A stretch of DNA of 63,092 nt, filler included, from Globobulimina sp. (lineage: Eukaryota), in assembly GCA_003354225.1 (NCBI GenBank). It is 33 parts of 33 records of this genome, joined end to end, with 100 filler letters (N's around TTAATTAATTAA, not from the genome) between each part and the next. Parts side by side here need not be neighbours in the genome. Positions count along the whole stretch, not along the records: positions 9,581 to 11,396 come from PIVH01011607.1; positions 11,497 to 13,311 come from PIVH01011608.1; positions 13,412 to 15,226 come from PIVH01011609.1; positions 15,327 to 17,141 come from PIVH01011610.1; positions 17,242 to 19,056 come from PIVH01011611.1; positions 19,157 to 20,971 come from PIVH01011612.1; positions 21,072 to 22,886 come from PIVH01011613.1; 26 more parts are not named here. The stretch is one strand, 5' to 3'. Shown piece by piece: positions 9,931 through 21,905 of the stretch; the first letter of the stretch is position 1; each line of letters begins with the position of its first letter. The notes beneath the pieces are model-generated. The model had not been told where the DNA came from. It saw only the letters and a list, made by a program, of their open reading frames with translations, and made no database searches. A program made the position numbers and the translations under genes.

Positions 9931-11396
9931 TAAAAAAAAACTCGCACCGTTAGCCAAAAAAATGAAGAGATTCAAGGCCAAATTAAAAGAAAAGGTGAAA
10001 CATGAAATTCGAGAGGAAGCAGAAAAAAAGCGAGCCACACAATTTCGTCGAAGATTAGCCAATGCGGACAATGAGGATGAATTTCTAGGTGGCATTATGA
10101 AGAAACTAAAAAATAAGGCCATGGGCATGATGAAAGGCGGTGGAGGCGAGATGGACCCACAAGAAGGTATACAGCGTAGACATCGGCGCGACCAATTCCG
10201 CAGAGAACGTGAAGGCAAATCGCGTTGGAAGCGACGCGAAAAACGGCGTCGGAGAAGAACCCGTCGCCGGCGAAGATTCAAACGTTGGCTAAAAAAACAT
10301 TATGGTCGGGGTTATAGACGTCGATGTAAACATTGTCCTATTCACCATATCCGGGTACGATCATTGCCGAAAGATATGCATTGGTCGCCGTTATCAGGCT
10401 TGATACCAATGTTTGGCGTGCAAGGCTTGCATCGACCTAAAAAATCGCCCAAGATACACATTGTGGCCAAGGTACATTTGCCGAAAGACCGTACGGTCGA
10501 CGCAGGCTATTTAGACTATGGTTTACTGACTCGGTTATTGTTCAATGACGATGGCAAAATTAATAAGAAGAATACTGCGGTGATGCGGCAGTTTGATGAA
10601 AGGGAGAAACGTTTGGAGAATATGGTGCAGCCGCGGCAAGGACAGAAGTTGATGGCTGGCTATAATGCGCAAGGCAATTTTGATAAGAACGAGGAGGAGA
10701 ATGCGTTGTATAAGAAATGGGATCGAGCGAATGACCAACGTGCGGAGAAGGCGATGACTGCGCGGAGGAGAATGATGGAGGGCGATGGCGATGGCAATGG
10801 TGATATGGATGGGGTGAGTGTAGTGGTGAGATGTAAGGTGGTGGATAGGTATGAAGTGTGTATGAGTTATTATGTGATGGAGAGGGAGATTAGTGTGGCG
10901 GTGAAGAGTTTGGAGGGTAAGGTGTTGCGGGGAGAGAGACGGAGGGTGTTTAGGGATATGATGCGAATGGATCAGGCGCATTATAGTGATTATGAAGTGG
11001 TGGATGATGTAGATGAGGATGTAGATGGTGGATATGTGTTGTTTGAGCCATTGGATGGCAATTTAGGATATGCGATATATAAATATGAGTTGATGGATTG
11101 GCACTGGATCAATGAATATGAGAATGTGGATGAGCTACGCGGTGAGAAATATACGTATGGGGAGTATGATAATTTTGATAACTATATACGGTTTGGTAGA
11201 CAGTTTGAAATGGTGTTGCATGGTGAGCTCGAGTATGAGTGCAGTGCGACGTTGATTGGATTGCCGTTTAGGCTGTGTGTGGATGATGGAGGTGGCGAAG
11301 GGGTGCGAGTGTTTTTTGAGAAGGATGGAGAGAATGATGTATTGGATATGAGTTTTTCATTCAGATTTAAAGAATTTGTGGATGCGGAGTTTGATA
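9931..11396 (+). CDS. Polyampholyte protein (Lys/Arg-rich then Asp/Glu/Tyr-rich), 3'-partial; likely spliced to the 9582-9790 exon via intron 9791-9930
   Basis: Long ORF with RRRLA and RRRMME motifs; GTTTGT...AAAAAAAG intron restores frame (ASKY-KKKLAPLAKK). Confidence 0.6.
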
Positions 11397-11496
11397 NNNN
11401 NNNNNNNNNNNNNNNNNNNNNNNNNNNNNNNNNNNNNNNNTTAATTAATTAANNNNNNNNNNNNNNNNNNNNNNNNNNNNNNNNNNNNNNNNNNNN

Positions 11497-12956
11497 ATGA
11501 TGATGCTAATACAGTAGAAAAAGTGGATACTGTAAATGAACCATCACCTGCTATTATAGCACAAGATGACGAAAGTGCATTAGAACTAAAATCGCCAATG
11601 TTTAGAGGTTGGTTCGAATATTTTCGATTCTTTTTGGCTAAGTTTAATCGGGGTCATCATAAATCAATCGTTTGAGCTAAAAGTTGTATAACCGACCAGA
11701 TCGGAACAGAATCATACAATACCTACATACTACTGTAGATACAGTAGTAGAGTGCGCAGCATATGGTACATGTATGTATTGTATGTACGTCCCAGAATAT
11801 TATACAGTAATTTAATTGTTTTCCTTTCAGACCCAGTGAGATTTTGGAAAAGTATAAAAGAACTTGGTTTGATGGACGACTTTTTTCAAGACATTTTTAC
11901 TTTACTTACTCAATTCAAAATGGCACTTTTCAATCATGAAATTGAATCCAATCCTCAAATATCATTAGAAAGTTAGTGTTCGTTTATAATTTTTTCAGAA
12001 ATTTACATTTACAATTGTAATGCCTCTGAATTAGGAAAATTCTCAATGTCCAGTACAATGTATGTACATATGTATGTATGCTGTCATCCTTATACATATG
12101 TATGTAGTTTTACCAATTAGTAAAAACCCAATTATACAATACCCAATACCAAACATTATCTTTTTTAGTTTGTCAACGACTTTCCTCAACAGTTGGATCT
12201 ATGGGACTTTCTCACCAATTAATGATGAAATTAAACCATCAACAAAAAGAATATCAAAATGTGGCACAACGATTGGGAGGAGAAGTAGAAGGTATCATGG
12301 CGCGTGCGGAAGCGCGAGTTCCACATATATGGACCTCCGCTGGAGAGCAGAGCCATCTACAGTATACTGTATGGTTCTAAAGCATGTGTGCACAATAAAA
12401 AGAGGTGCATAGCATACACATACATATCCCATACCTCAGGTCAGGAACGACTTATCCGATTCACTTGAAACTTGGCTTGGCGCAACTAAATGACATCTTA
12501 CCCCTAACTATTCACAACAAAAATTAGCCCGCTCGACCGATTCGTTCCACATCCTACTGTGTATGTACGTACATACATCATCTACAGTATGTACTATAAG
12601 TACTGTACAGTAGTTTAAACTGCAGTCATTGCCAGGGCCAATTTCGTTTCAAGGTTCACTATTGTGCTATATACAATGTAAGACAAGGCAGTTTACTATG
12701 GTATTAAGTTGTTCTTGTTTTCTCAATCAATAATTAACTTCTTTTAGCATTGAAACGTTTGGCACACGACCATGAAACCCGTCGACTAGAAGCAGCCCGG
12801 AAAAGGTCGTTGTTTGAACAATTGATATCAGAAACATTGACAGAGTCACCATCACCTAGTTCATCGGATGTTAGAGATGGGCCTCCAGTTAAACAACCCA
12901 AAATAGAAAATATAGCCGGAAGTAGTGATCATAATCGTAGTGAATTTGATCCATAG
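11497..12956 (+). CDS. Four-exon gene of unknown function (exons to 11607, 11831-11971, 12169-12291, 12748-12956), coiled-coil C-terminus
   Basis: Three phase-1 GT-AG introns (223, 197, 456 nt) with pyrimidine acceptors (tttcag, ttttag) join into one open frame. Confidence 0.7.
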
Positions 12957-13524
12957 CATTTATTGACCGGAATATGATATAAAATTGTTTGTTGAGCAGT
13001 TTAGTTTTAATTACTTTATTTAGTCTGCATAAACTTTTGATCTACTATTTCTCAATATTTCACTGGTTTCCACTATGGTCTTCTTATCCATTATATACTT
13101 TATTATTGTTTGAATTGATTATTGAGAGTTTACTGACTACTTAGTATGTATGCATGATGCAAGATACTCAAGTTGCATCACTTCCTAACATTGGGTATGC
13201 AAGATATACCCACTGATAGTAATATACTCTCTCTACTTACTGTAGCAAGTTTCCATACTGTATGGTAATAGGAATTATGTACTTGAAATATCCTGCACTG
13301 ACTGAACAGATNNNNNNNNNNNNNNNNNNNNNNNNNNNNNNNNNNNNNNNNNNNNTTAATTAATTAANNNNNNNNNNNNNNNNNNNNNNNNNNNNNNNNN
13401 NNNNNNNNNNNAACAACTAATTATCAATAAACAAACAAAAATTAATTGGCCTCACTGGATAGTTCCTCTATATCAGCCATCTAAACTTCACTTATTATTA
13501 GATTTGTGAGTTTATACCATTTCA

Positions 13525-15225
13525 TTAATTTTTAAATAATTCTATATTACAATCAATTGTTTCGTCTTCATATTCATACGAAAACATATTTAATTCATCC
13601 AAATCATGAAAAACATCTTTGATCTCAATATTAAATTTCTTTGTTGTGTTCAAATTGTTCCACTTAACTGCTTTTTGTACATTTTCTCTGATTTTACCTC
13701 CTGTTTTGTGTAATAACTCAATATTTAACTCGTTCCATAGCAAAATAACGATTTTGTGGACTCCAGAAATATAGGCGGGCGCTATTAAATTAGTTATATT
13801 GCGAATGCCTAAACCTCCAAAACCTCTGCCAATCGAAAATAATTGTTTGGTTTCGTCATTTATTGGTATATTAATTGATGATTTTATTATTTTTTCATGT
13901 ACTTCGTCGGCGTTAACCAACCAATCATTATCTGAATCAATTATATATTTGCCTTCGTCGTCCACGTCAGGTATATTATCGTTACATGTAATGAAATAAT
14001 TAAAATTTTCAAATTTCTCACACGAATTTAATAATTTATATTTGTACCAATTATTATCAATATTGTTAATAATATCAATTTTATTTTTCATTTTTTCGAG
14101 TTTATTTTTCATCATTTTATTGTATCTACCTTTGCCGCGGTTAACTCCCAACATCTCAAAATTTGCATTTTCTAAAATCTTAAATTTATTATTTGTGAGA
14201 TATTGATTGGTTTCGTCACTCAATTTAACTCTGCTATGTGTCATAATTATTTCTGTTTTTTTGTTATTGAATTTATTGCCAAATTTAAGGCCAATTTTCT
14301 TTTTAATTAAATGATTCAATATGCATTTACGTAAAACATCGCCTTTATTTGCATCGTCGATATAATTCAATTCAATCACTAATTTATTCAATAATTCGCT
14401 GTTTCGCAGTAATTCAACAGCAATTTCATTAATTTCCGCCTCATTTACTATCACAATAACACTCGTAATGGTATTTCCTTGATGTAATCCATCTTCTTGT
14501 TCATGTATCGTCCCATTAAAAACAACTTTTGTCGGCATCGAATAATTTACATATGCCACATTATATAAATTGGGAACTCTGCGATTTAAGTTTTCCAACG
14601 ACGGTTTGCGCAGAATACGATTAAAAAAATTTGCTAAGTCATCTTTCATTATAATGTGAATATTGTCAAATTCTTCATTTTCCCAAAAAATCATATCTAA
14701 AATCTCATCATTTATAAACTCGTCGTCGTCGAAAGTGAACTCACTGCTTTGTAATATTTTTCTTATTTTTTCTTTTTTATTTCGGTATAACTCCGAATTC
14801 ATTTCATTTATTTGCTGATTATACTTTTCGTCGTCAACGCCATAAAATAAATTTGTCCGTTTTTGGTCGAAATAATCTTCATTTTTTTTAACTGAATATT
14901 CTATAAATTTATCCATTGAATGGACAATTATGCTCAGTGCATTTTTTTTGTTTATTCCATATTGATTTATTAATTGTACTACGGCGATTTGTTCAATTTC
15001 AGTTAATACAGAATATGTATTTGCTATTCTGACAATTATTTTGTTTAATAATAAGGGCCTAAGATCCAAGGGGTCCTTCTTTGGAATAGGTATACCGTTT
15101 GATGTCATAATATTTAATATTTGAAATTCACTTAATTTATTATTGCAAATCAATTCAATGTATTTACCAAACCATTTAATATATTTTTCATTGTTGTAAT
15201 TTGCTAATTGTTGATGATGAAAAGC
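13525..15225 (-). mobile_element. Reverse transcriptase of a CRE-like non-LTR retrotransposon, 5'-partial
   Basis: PIPKK...LRPL, DLANFFNRILR, GLHQGN, YIDD, EMLGV and GFGGLGIR (CRE-type LP...GGLG motif); frame open to contig end. Confidence 0.85.
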
Positions 15226-15367
15226 TNNNNNNNNNNNNNNNNNNNNNNNNNNNNNNNNNNNNNNNNNNNNTTAATTAATTAANNNNNNNNNNNNNNNNNN
15301 NNNNNNNNNNNNNNNNNNNNNNNNNNAAAAAAAAACAGTTGAGTTTAGGGAAAGTTGAAAGTTGTCC

Positions 15368-17097
15368 ATGGCCTCAAAAGCAGTTTCTAAGAAGAAAGTT
15401 GTGTATTATTATGACGAGGAAGTCGGAAACTTTTATTATGGACAAAGTCATCCAATGAAACCACACCGGATAAGAATGACTCATGCATTAATTACAAATT
15501 ATGGTTTATTTAAACAAATGGAAGTGTATAAACCGTATCGTTTGGATGAACGTGATATGACCTTATTTCATGCAGATGATTATTGCCATTTCCTTAAAAC
15601 TGTAACATGTGAAAACGAGATGCATTGGGGCAATGATTTGGAAAAATTTAATATCGATGTCGATTGTCCTGTATTTGATGGTGTATATAGATTTTGTCAG
15701 ATATCAAGCGGAGGTATGTACTTTGTCCCATTTTGAGTTTGACATTACATTTTTATTAATTTAAATATGATTACTAATTAAATCATTTAGGATCGGTTGG
15801 TGGTGCATACAAATTGAACCATCATTTAGCAGATATCTCCATAAATTGGGCGGGCGGATTACATCACGCCAAAAAATCAGAAGCCTCCGGTTTTTGTTAT
15901 ATAAATGATATCGTACTCTCAATCTTAGAATTATTAAAATATCACGAAAGAGTGCTTTATATTGACATAGATATCCATCATGGCGATGGTGTGGAAGAAG
16001 CATTTTATACAAGTGATCGAGTGATGACGGTCTCTTTTCACAAATACGGCGAATTTTTCCCAGGGACGGGCGCCATCGAAGACTGTGGTGTATTGGCCGG
16101 CAAATATTACAGTATCAATGTGCCACTTCGCGAAGGAATATCGGACCAATCGTATGAATATTTATTTAAGCCCATCATAAAAAAGATCATCGATTATTAC
16201 CAGCCGGGCGCCATTGTCATGCAAATGGGCGCGGACAGTTTGGCCGGAGATCGCTTGGGTTGCTTTAATATGACCATTGCGGGACATGGCGAGGCCTTAA
16301 ACTATGTCAAATCATTCAATTTACCATTATTAGTATTAGGTGGCGGCGGCTATACATTAAGGAATGTTGCCAGATGTTGGACGTATGAAACCAGCATTTG
16401 TTGTAATAAAGAATTAAAAAACAAACTACCATATAATGAATATTATGAGTATTTTGCGCCCGATTATACGCTATCTACAATGCCCACAAATATGGTCAAT
16501 TTAAATTCGCAAAATGATTTACAAAAAATACTTCAAACTGTCAACCAATACCTTAAAAATTTAAAACATTCACCTTCTGTACCAATACATGTTGATGCAA
16601 ACAGAAAAGAATATGCATTGAAGAGCACAAATAAAGAATTTCAAAAACAAGTTAAAAAATGCAACCAAACCATTCAAAAACATTTAGCAAAATATAAAGA
16701 CAATGTGTATGACGACGACCAATTGCAATCAAAACAGGAAATTGATAAATATTTAATGGATAAACAACAAGATAATAACAATAATGATGTAAGGATACCG
16801 TCCATGGTCAAAGACAGAATGATTACGGATGAGAGAGAATTTTATCACGATGACCAAGATCAAGATCAAGATCAACAACAACAGCAACAGCAACAACAAG
16901 AACAAGAAAAAGAACAAAATGAAATGAAAACAATGGCAATTGATGATAATAATAATAATGACAACAACAACAATGGTAATCCGAATGATAATGATACCAA
17001 CCAATTGCAACACATAATAAATGAACCAACTAAACCAATTGTTGCAAGTATTAGTAATAACAATAAAATTGACGCTGCCAACAAAAATCATAATTGA
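15368..17097 (+). CDS. Class I histone deacetylase (Rpd3/HDAC1/2-like); intron 15714-15790
   Basis: [59 protein letters not shown]; acidic/Q/N-rich tail. Confidence 0.97.
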
Positions 17098-17241
17098 TTG
17101 TTCAATTTTAGGACAGTATTTATTCATTTAAGACTGTAGCTNNNNNNNNNNNNNNNNNNNNNNNNNNNNNNNNNNNNNNNNNNNNTTAATTAATTAANNN
17201 NNNNNNNNNNNNNNNNNNNNNNNNNNNNNNNNNNNNNNNNN

Positions 17242-17625
17242 AATGTGTCATATAAAGAGATTATTGGTGGCAGGAATTTATTGAAGAGTAGTTTGATAAA
17301 TTTATTTCCAAATTTGACTCATATTATTATTCAATGTACAGATGGTGCTGGATGGCATTCATATCAATTTTCATTATGTGGTTTATTGGATATTTTAAGT
17401 GAAACAAGAAAAACAAATAAAATCAAGTGTTCATTATATGGGATTTGGAAGGATTATGATGAAGAAGAATGTGGAGATAGACGAAGTTGGTTATTTTATG
17501 TATATTCCTCAATCGCATCATCATTAAATATTAAATATCCAAAAATAAAAATATCCATACAACAAACAAGTGATAGTGGTGAAGGGAGACAAGATTTATT
17601 AGTTTTTGAATGTATGTGTTTGTGA
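17242..17625 (+). CDS. Hypothetical protein, C-terminal part
   Basis: 126 aa open frame from contig start with normal composition; no recognised motif. Confidence 0.5.
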   Translation, partial: NVSYKEIIGGRNLLKSSLINLFPNLTHIIIQCTDGAGWHSYQFSLCGLLDILSETRKTNKIKCSLYGIWKDYDEEECGDRRSWLFYVYSSIASSLNIKYPKIKISIQQTSDSGEGRQDLLVFECMCL

Positions 17626-18407
17626 TTGTTTGTTTGCTTTGTTTTGTTGTTTGTAAATATATTATTATTTGAAACTGAAATCATTTTTTTGCGAATGAGA
17701 CAAACTTTTTACAGAAAAAAAAAATCAAACAAAGGAGCAACAATATTATTGTTATGGTGAAAAAGTGATTGATATTTTTTATTTATTGCAGACTAATAAT
17801 GTCTGTTATACTGCTTAGAACATATTTGAAAAACGTTTATGAACGCAATTCGTCCAATACGTGGTCGTGTAGCTGCTCAATAAATTCGTCATATGAACGT
17901 GTTGGTAAAATGGTTTGCGATGAACCTCCTCAAATTGCTGCGTGGCGCCTTGTGATCTGGAGCCTAAATCCGACAATGAACTCGCTCGGATAATGCCCGC
18001 CAATGTAGTAACTACTTGGAAAATATTTGTATTTGGATCGAGATTATCTTCGGTGAATGCAATTGTATTTAATGTACATAAACATGTTGAAATGAGCAGG
18101 ACTGTTCCAATGTAATTCATGTTGAAATAAATGCACTATTTGATTTTAACAATAATTACCACCAAAAATAGATATTATTTTTATAATCAATAATCACTTT
18201 TCATTTTAATTGTTTATCATATATAAATTAGCGTATTTTGCCATTTTATCACCGGATTTTGTAAATTAAGCCAATAGAAATTGGTGTAAATAACTTTGAT
18301 GATGGTTTGATGTGCATTCCCATTAAGAATAAGAAGGTATTGTATCGATCAGGCAAACATGAAAATAAACTGCAACTACATTCGACATCATCCTATACTA
18401 AGTGAAC

Positions 18408-18868
18408 ATGGCATTATTGCAACTGCTACTATTCACAGCCATCATTTACATCCTCCGCCCAGGATTGCGACAACAATACACCCGGCACTTTATGTGTAAT
18501 TAAGTTTGTTCCATTTACCCACCTCATAAAATGCTATATTATATTATCTATGCTGATCTAACATAACTTGCCGAGACAATGACCCTTGCGACATAAGCTG
18601 CAGTGGTTCAGACTCTTGCGGGGATGACACCATCCAAGCCACCGACGCCACGCATGTAACCATAACATGTGCCGGAAAGGATGCATGCAAAGGCAAGACA
18701 CAAATATATTGTGGCACAGGCGACTGCATCCTATATTGTCTCGGCTCAGACACAAGTTGTGAGGACGCAACAATCAGTAATCCAAATGGAAGAGCTCATT
18801 CTTATCAATGCACCGGTTATTGTTATATCAATCGTAGGGGGCAACACAGTAGCATTGCGGGTCGATAG
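18408..18868 (+). pseudogene. Secreted Cys-rich repeat protein (C.G..SC-type repeats), apparently disrupted
   Basis: Signal-like MALLQLLLFTAII at 18408; Cys-rich frame ITCRDNDPCDISCSGSDSCGDD...CAGKDACKG...CGTGDCILYCLGSDTSCED; frameshift after signal peptide and in-frame TGA near 18554. Confidence 0.5.
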
Positions 18869-18875
18869 ACCCAGA

Positions 18876-18945
18876 GGCAAGAAGCCCGGTGGCAAGAAGC
18901 CAGGAGGCAAGAATTCCGGAGGCAAGAAGGCCGCAGGCAAGAAGC
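18876..18945 (+). repeat. 15-bp tandem repeat (GGCAAGAAGCCNGGN, reads GKKPG) x~5
   Basis: ggcaagaagcccggt ggcaagaagccagga ggcaagaattccgga ggcaagaaggccgca ggcaagaag. Confidence 0.85.
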
Positions 18946-19184
18946 TTATTTTCTCTGTTTAAAATATTCCAAACAACATTTTTAACATTTTATTAAAACA
19001 ATAAGAAACACACATGTCATTCAAAACAAATGTCTTGTATATTTTCTTATTTTTTTNNNNNNNNNNNNNNNNNNNNNNNNNNNNNNNNNNNNNNNNNNNN
19101 TTAATTAATTAANNNNNNNNNNNNNNNNNNNNNNNNNNNNNNNNNNNNNNNNNNNNCGGCGACCGCGATGGTGATGATAAGAAG

Positions 19185-20771
19185 ATGAATAATATGAACA
19201 ATATGATGCACGGCATGCCTCCATTACACCCGCGCGTCATGAGCAACAACAGCGAGTCCACAGACGACGACGATGATCAGTTTGTAGGCAATGCAGATGC
19301 GATGGCCATGCAACAGCAATTACTGAGCATGACTCAGAAACACACGCAAGCCATCTTAACCAAGCACGGTGCGGATGGCAGCAACGAATTAAACAAAATG
19401 TGGTCGCAATTCGTGCAGTTCAAAAAGGGGATGGACCGCCCTTCCGACGCGCCGCTAGCTTTTACTGTGCCGGATAAGACGCAGCAATTCGTCGAATTGC
19501 GCGACTTGTTGGAAGCGTTACCCTTTGACTTATCCTGTGCCATTTTGCGCGAACAACGCATGAATCCCACGGACCGCATCAAGGACGTGACCATTCAGCG
19601 TGGCTGCTGGCCCATGGTACGGTATGTGCAGCATAACCGCGTCCAGACTATAAACCAAGTGTTCCTGCGCTTTGATGACGTATTGTCGCGCTTGGAAATG
19701 TATTTGAAAAACGAGAAGGAGTCCTCGGATTACACTCAGATATCGATGTTGAGCAAGGAACATTTGGAGATGATGAATGGTAACGGCACCGGTGTCAGCA
19801 CCCGGAAACCCGCTGGGAATCAGTTATTAGGCTCGTTGGACCCACAAAAAACCACTGGCTTCAGATTGCATCAGATCACGTCGGTGATACGGCAACGCAA
19901 CGAAGCGCGCGATACCATCACCGCTTTGAATCTACGCGTGGGCCGCTTGTGGAATATGGACATATCTATGGAGAAACAGATGGATCTGATCACGGACAGC
20001 ATCGATTTCTTCCAATCGTTGGACAATCCGTCTACGATGTTGCTGTTAGGGCCGAATACGTCGGAGAAGTGCGCGTTGTGCAGGGAACTATGCAAACAGT
20101 TATCGTCTTCGCCGATCAATATGCGGACGGCGTTGGTGGATACGCGGAGTACGGTGGGTGGCTTCACGAAGTCGCCCATCGAGACGGGGCAGGCCGTGCG
20201 CTTTTACGTGAATAGTGTGGGCAACCAACATAATCAGATTAACGCCACGCGCTCGATCTATCCGCAGGTGGTGGTGGTGGATGAGGTGCTGTCTCTGTCG
20301 GATATCGAGTCCATTGGCAAGTTGCAATCGGAAGGGATCTCGGTGGTGGTCGGCACCAATATGCATTCGTTGGAGGCGTTGTTGGGCCATCCGTTGTATT
20401 CGCAGTTGTTGCCGCCGCAGGACCGCTTGTTGGAGCATGGGGTGTCATTGAACACTATGTCTGGCAGTATGCATCAACGACGCCCGTCGTACCAATATAG
20501 CAGTATGTCTCCGCATTTGTTGATTTTGGAGATGAACGCGGACGGGACGACGGTGAAAATGTTCAAGAATATACCGGCTGCGGTGAAGGCGATTAAGAGA
20601 TTCAGTCAGCCCGAATTCAAGTCGTATCAATTAAAATGGCAAGGTTACAATCCCGCGGATAACCAGCATGCGAGTAAGTATATGAATAATCAGTTGCATA
20701 AACGAACGACGTCGCGAATGGTGAATAAATTAATGAAAGATACGCTATCTTATAAATCATCACTGCCTTAG
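19185..20771 (+). CDS. Ycf45/SpoIIIAA-like AAA+ protein with degenerate Walker A
   Basis: ITALNLRVGR, TMLLLGPNTSEKCALCRELCKQLS, ALVDT, QH, PQVVVVDEV, GISVVVGT...LEALLGHPLYSQLL track the Ycf45 motif order. Confidence 0.7.
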   Translation: MNNMNNMMHGMPPLHPRVMSNNSESTDDDDDQFVGNADAMAMQQQLLSMTQKHTQAILTKHGADGSNELNKMWSQFVQFKKGMDRPSDAPLAFTVPDKTQQFVELRDLLEALPFDLSCAILREQRMNPTDRIKDVTIQRGCWPMVRYVQHNRVQTINQVFLRFDDVLSRLEMYLKNEKESSDYTQISMLSKEHLEMMNGNGTGVSTRKPAGNQLLGSLDPQKTTGFRLHQITSVIRQRNEARDTITALNLRVGRLWNMDISMEKQMDLITDSIDFFQSLDNPSTMLLLGPNTSEKCALCRELCKQLSSSPINMRTALVDTRSTVGGFTKSPIETGQAVRFYVNSVGNQHNQINATRSIYPQVVVVDEVLSLSDIESIGKLQSEGISVVVGTNMHSLEALLGHPLYSQLLPPQDRLLEHGVSLNTMSGSMHQRRPSYQYSSMSPHLLILEMNADGTTVKMFKNIPAAVKAIKRFSQPEFKSYQLKWQGYNPADNQHASKYMNNQLHKRTTSRMVNKLMKDTLSYKSSLP

Positions 20772-21071
20772 TTCGGATATGCAATTATGGGCTATTCATG
20801 TATTTGTTTTCTTTTCTTTTGTTTTTTAATTGAATCTTTGTGTCTTTCTTTGTTGATTTTGATGTCTTAAATTAATATATTTTATTTTTCTTCCATTTTC
20901 TGTTCCCTTTTTATATTTTTGTGTTGGATGCCATTGTAATGATTGTATGACTGCCTTTGTTTTTTTTTTTANNNNNNNNNNNNNNNNNNNNNNNNNNNNN
21001 NNNNNNNNNNNNNNNTTAATTAATTAANNNNNNNNNNNNNNNNNNNNNNNNNNNNNNNNNNNNNNNNNNNN

Positions 21072-21828
21072 TTACGCCCTTTTCCGTCATTGGCAGCGGC
21101 AATAAAGTCACGCGAATAAGAGTCGACCACCGCGTTTAAAAAAGTCAAGTCGTTGTTGCGTACGCCAATGGTGAAGAATTCCTGTACATTGGTGTGTATT
21201 TTGTATATTTATGCATATTTACGGCGAGCAGAGTACATTCGCATACCATTAATGCGCCGTCTTTCAGGCCAACGCCGCCCAACATGGAGAATACCTGCGA
21301 TTTGTACAATTGTGTGGCATTTTGGGTGTCTTTGTTGGTGACTTCCAACTCGAAATCTAAAATTTCTTTGATGAATTTGGGCGCTTCGCCGGTGCGATAT
21401 ATATGTTGTAGGATTTTATGCATTTCATCCAATTGTTGCTGTTCATCTGCAATGTCGACGCGAAATGGAAATCTATTTGGTTTTTTTTTGGTTTTTATAT
21501 GTTTTGTATAGATGTATTTTTATTTTTATATACTTGTTCTGGCCATAGTCATCGTGCGCAAATTCTAAATACATGCAATCCTCAGGTTCATTGTCTTCTA
21601 TTTCTTCCTTTAAATCCGTTTCTTCCAAGCCATTTTCCTTTTTTTTTGTAAAAAACAGATGTATTTTAATTGTACCGTGAAAATGAAACCGAATAATAAC
21701 AAAACTGTGCAGTAATCCAGAAATTTGCCTACACCGTTTTCATCATCATAGTAGGTGTCATTGCCCATTGTTGTGTAATATTCCCCAAGGCATTTATTTA
21801 TTGCCTCGAAACTGTTTGCCTTGGCCAT
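21072..21828 (-). CDS. Multi-exon hypothetical protein (YYDDENGVGKFLDYC-ENG...C..LEF...FP motif); introns 21638-21705, 21473-21533 and a third near 21183-21246; 3'-partial
   Basis: GT-AG introns of ~61-68 nt give one continuous reading frame. Confidence 0.7.
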
Positions 21829-21905
21829 TGTGGTCGTTTTTTTTTGTAGTTAACTGAGTTTTTTTTGGTTTAATTCAGATTATATTACATTATTAGTAAT
21901 TTAGA

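Noticed and set aside
15368-17097. Possible ciliate-type genetic code given AT richness and short introns
   Set aside because: Conserved genes (HDAC, UNG, NRT2, eIF5B exons) translate without internal TAA/TAG and use CAA/CAG for Gln
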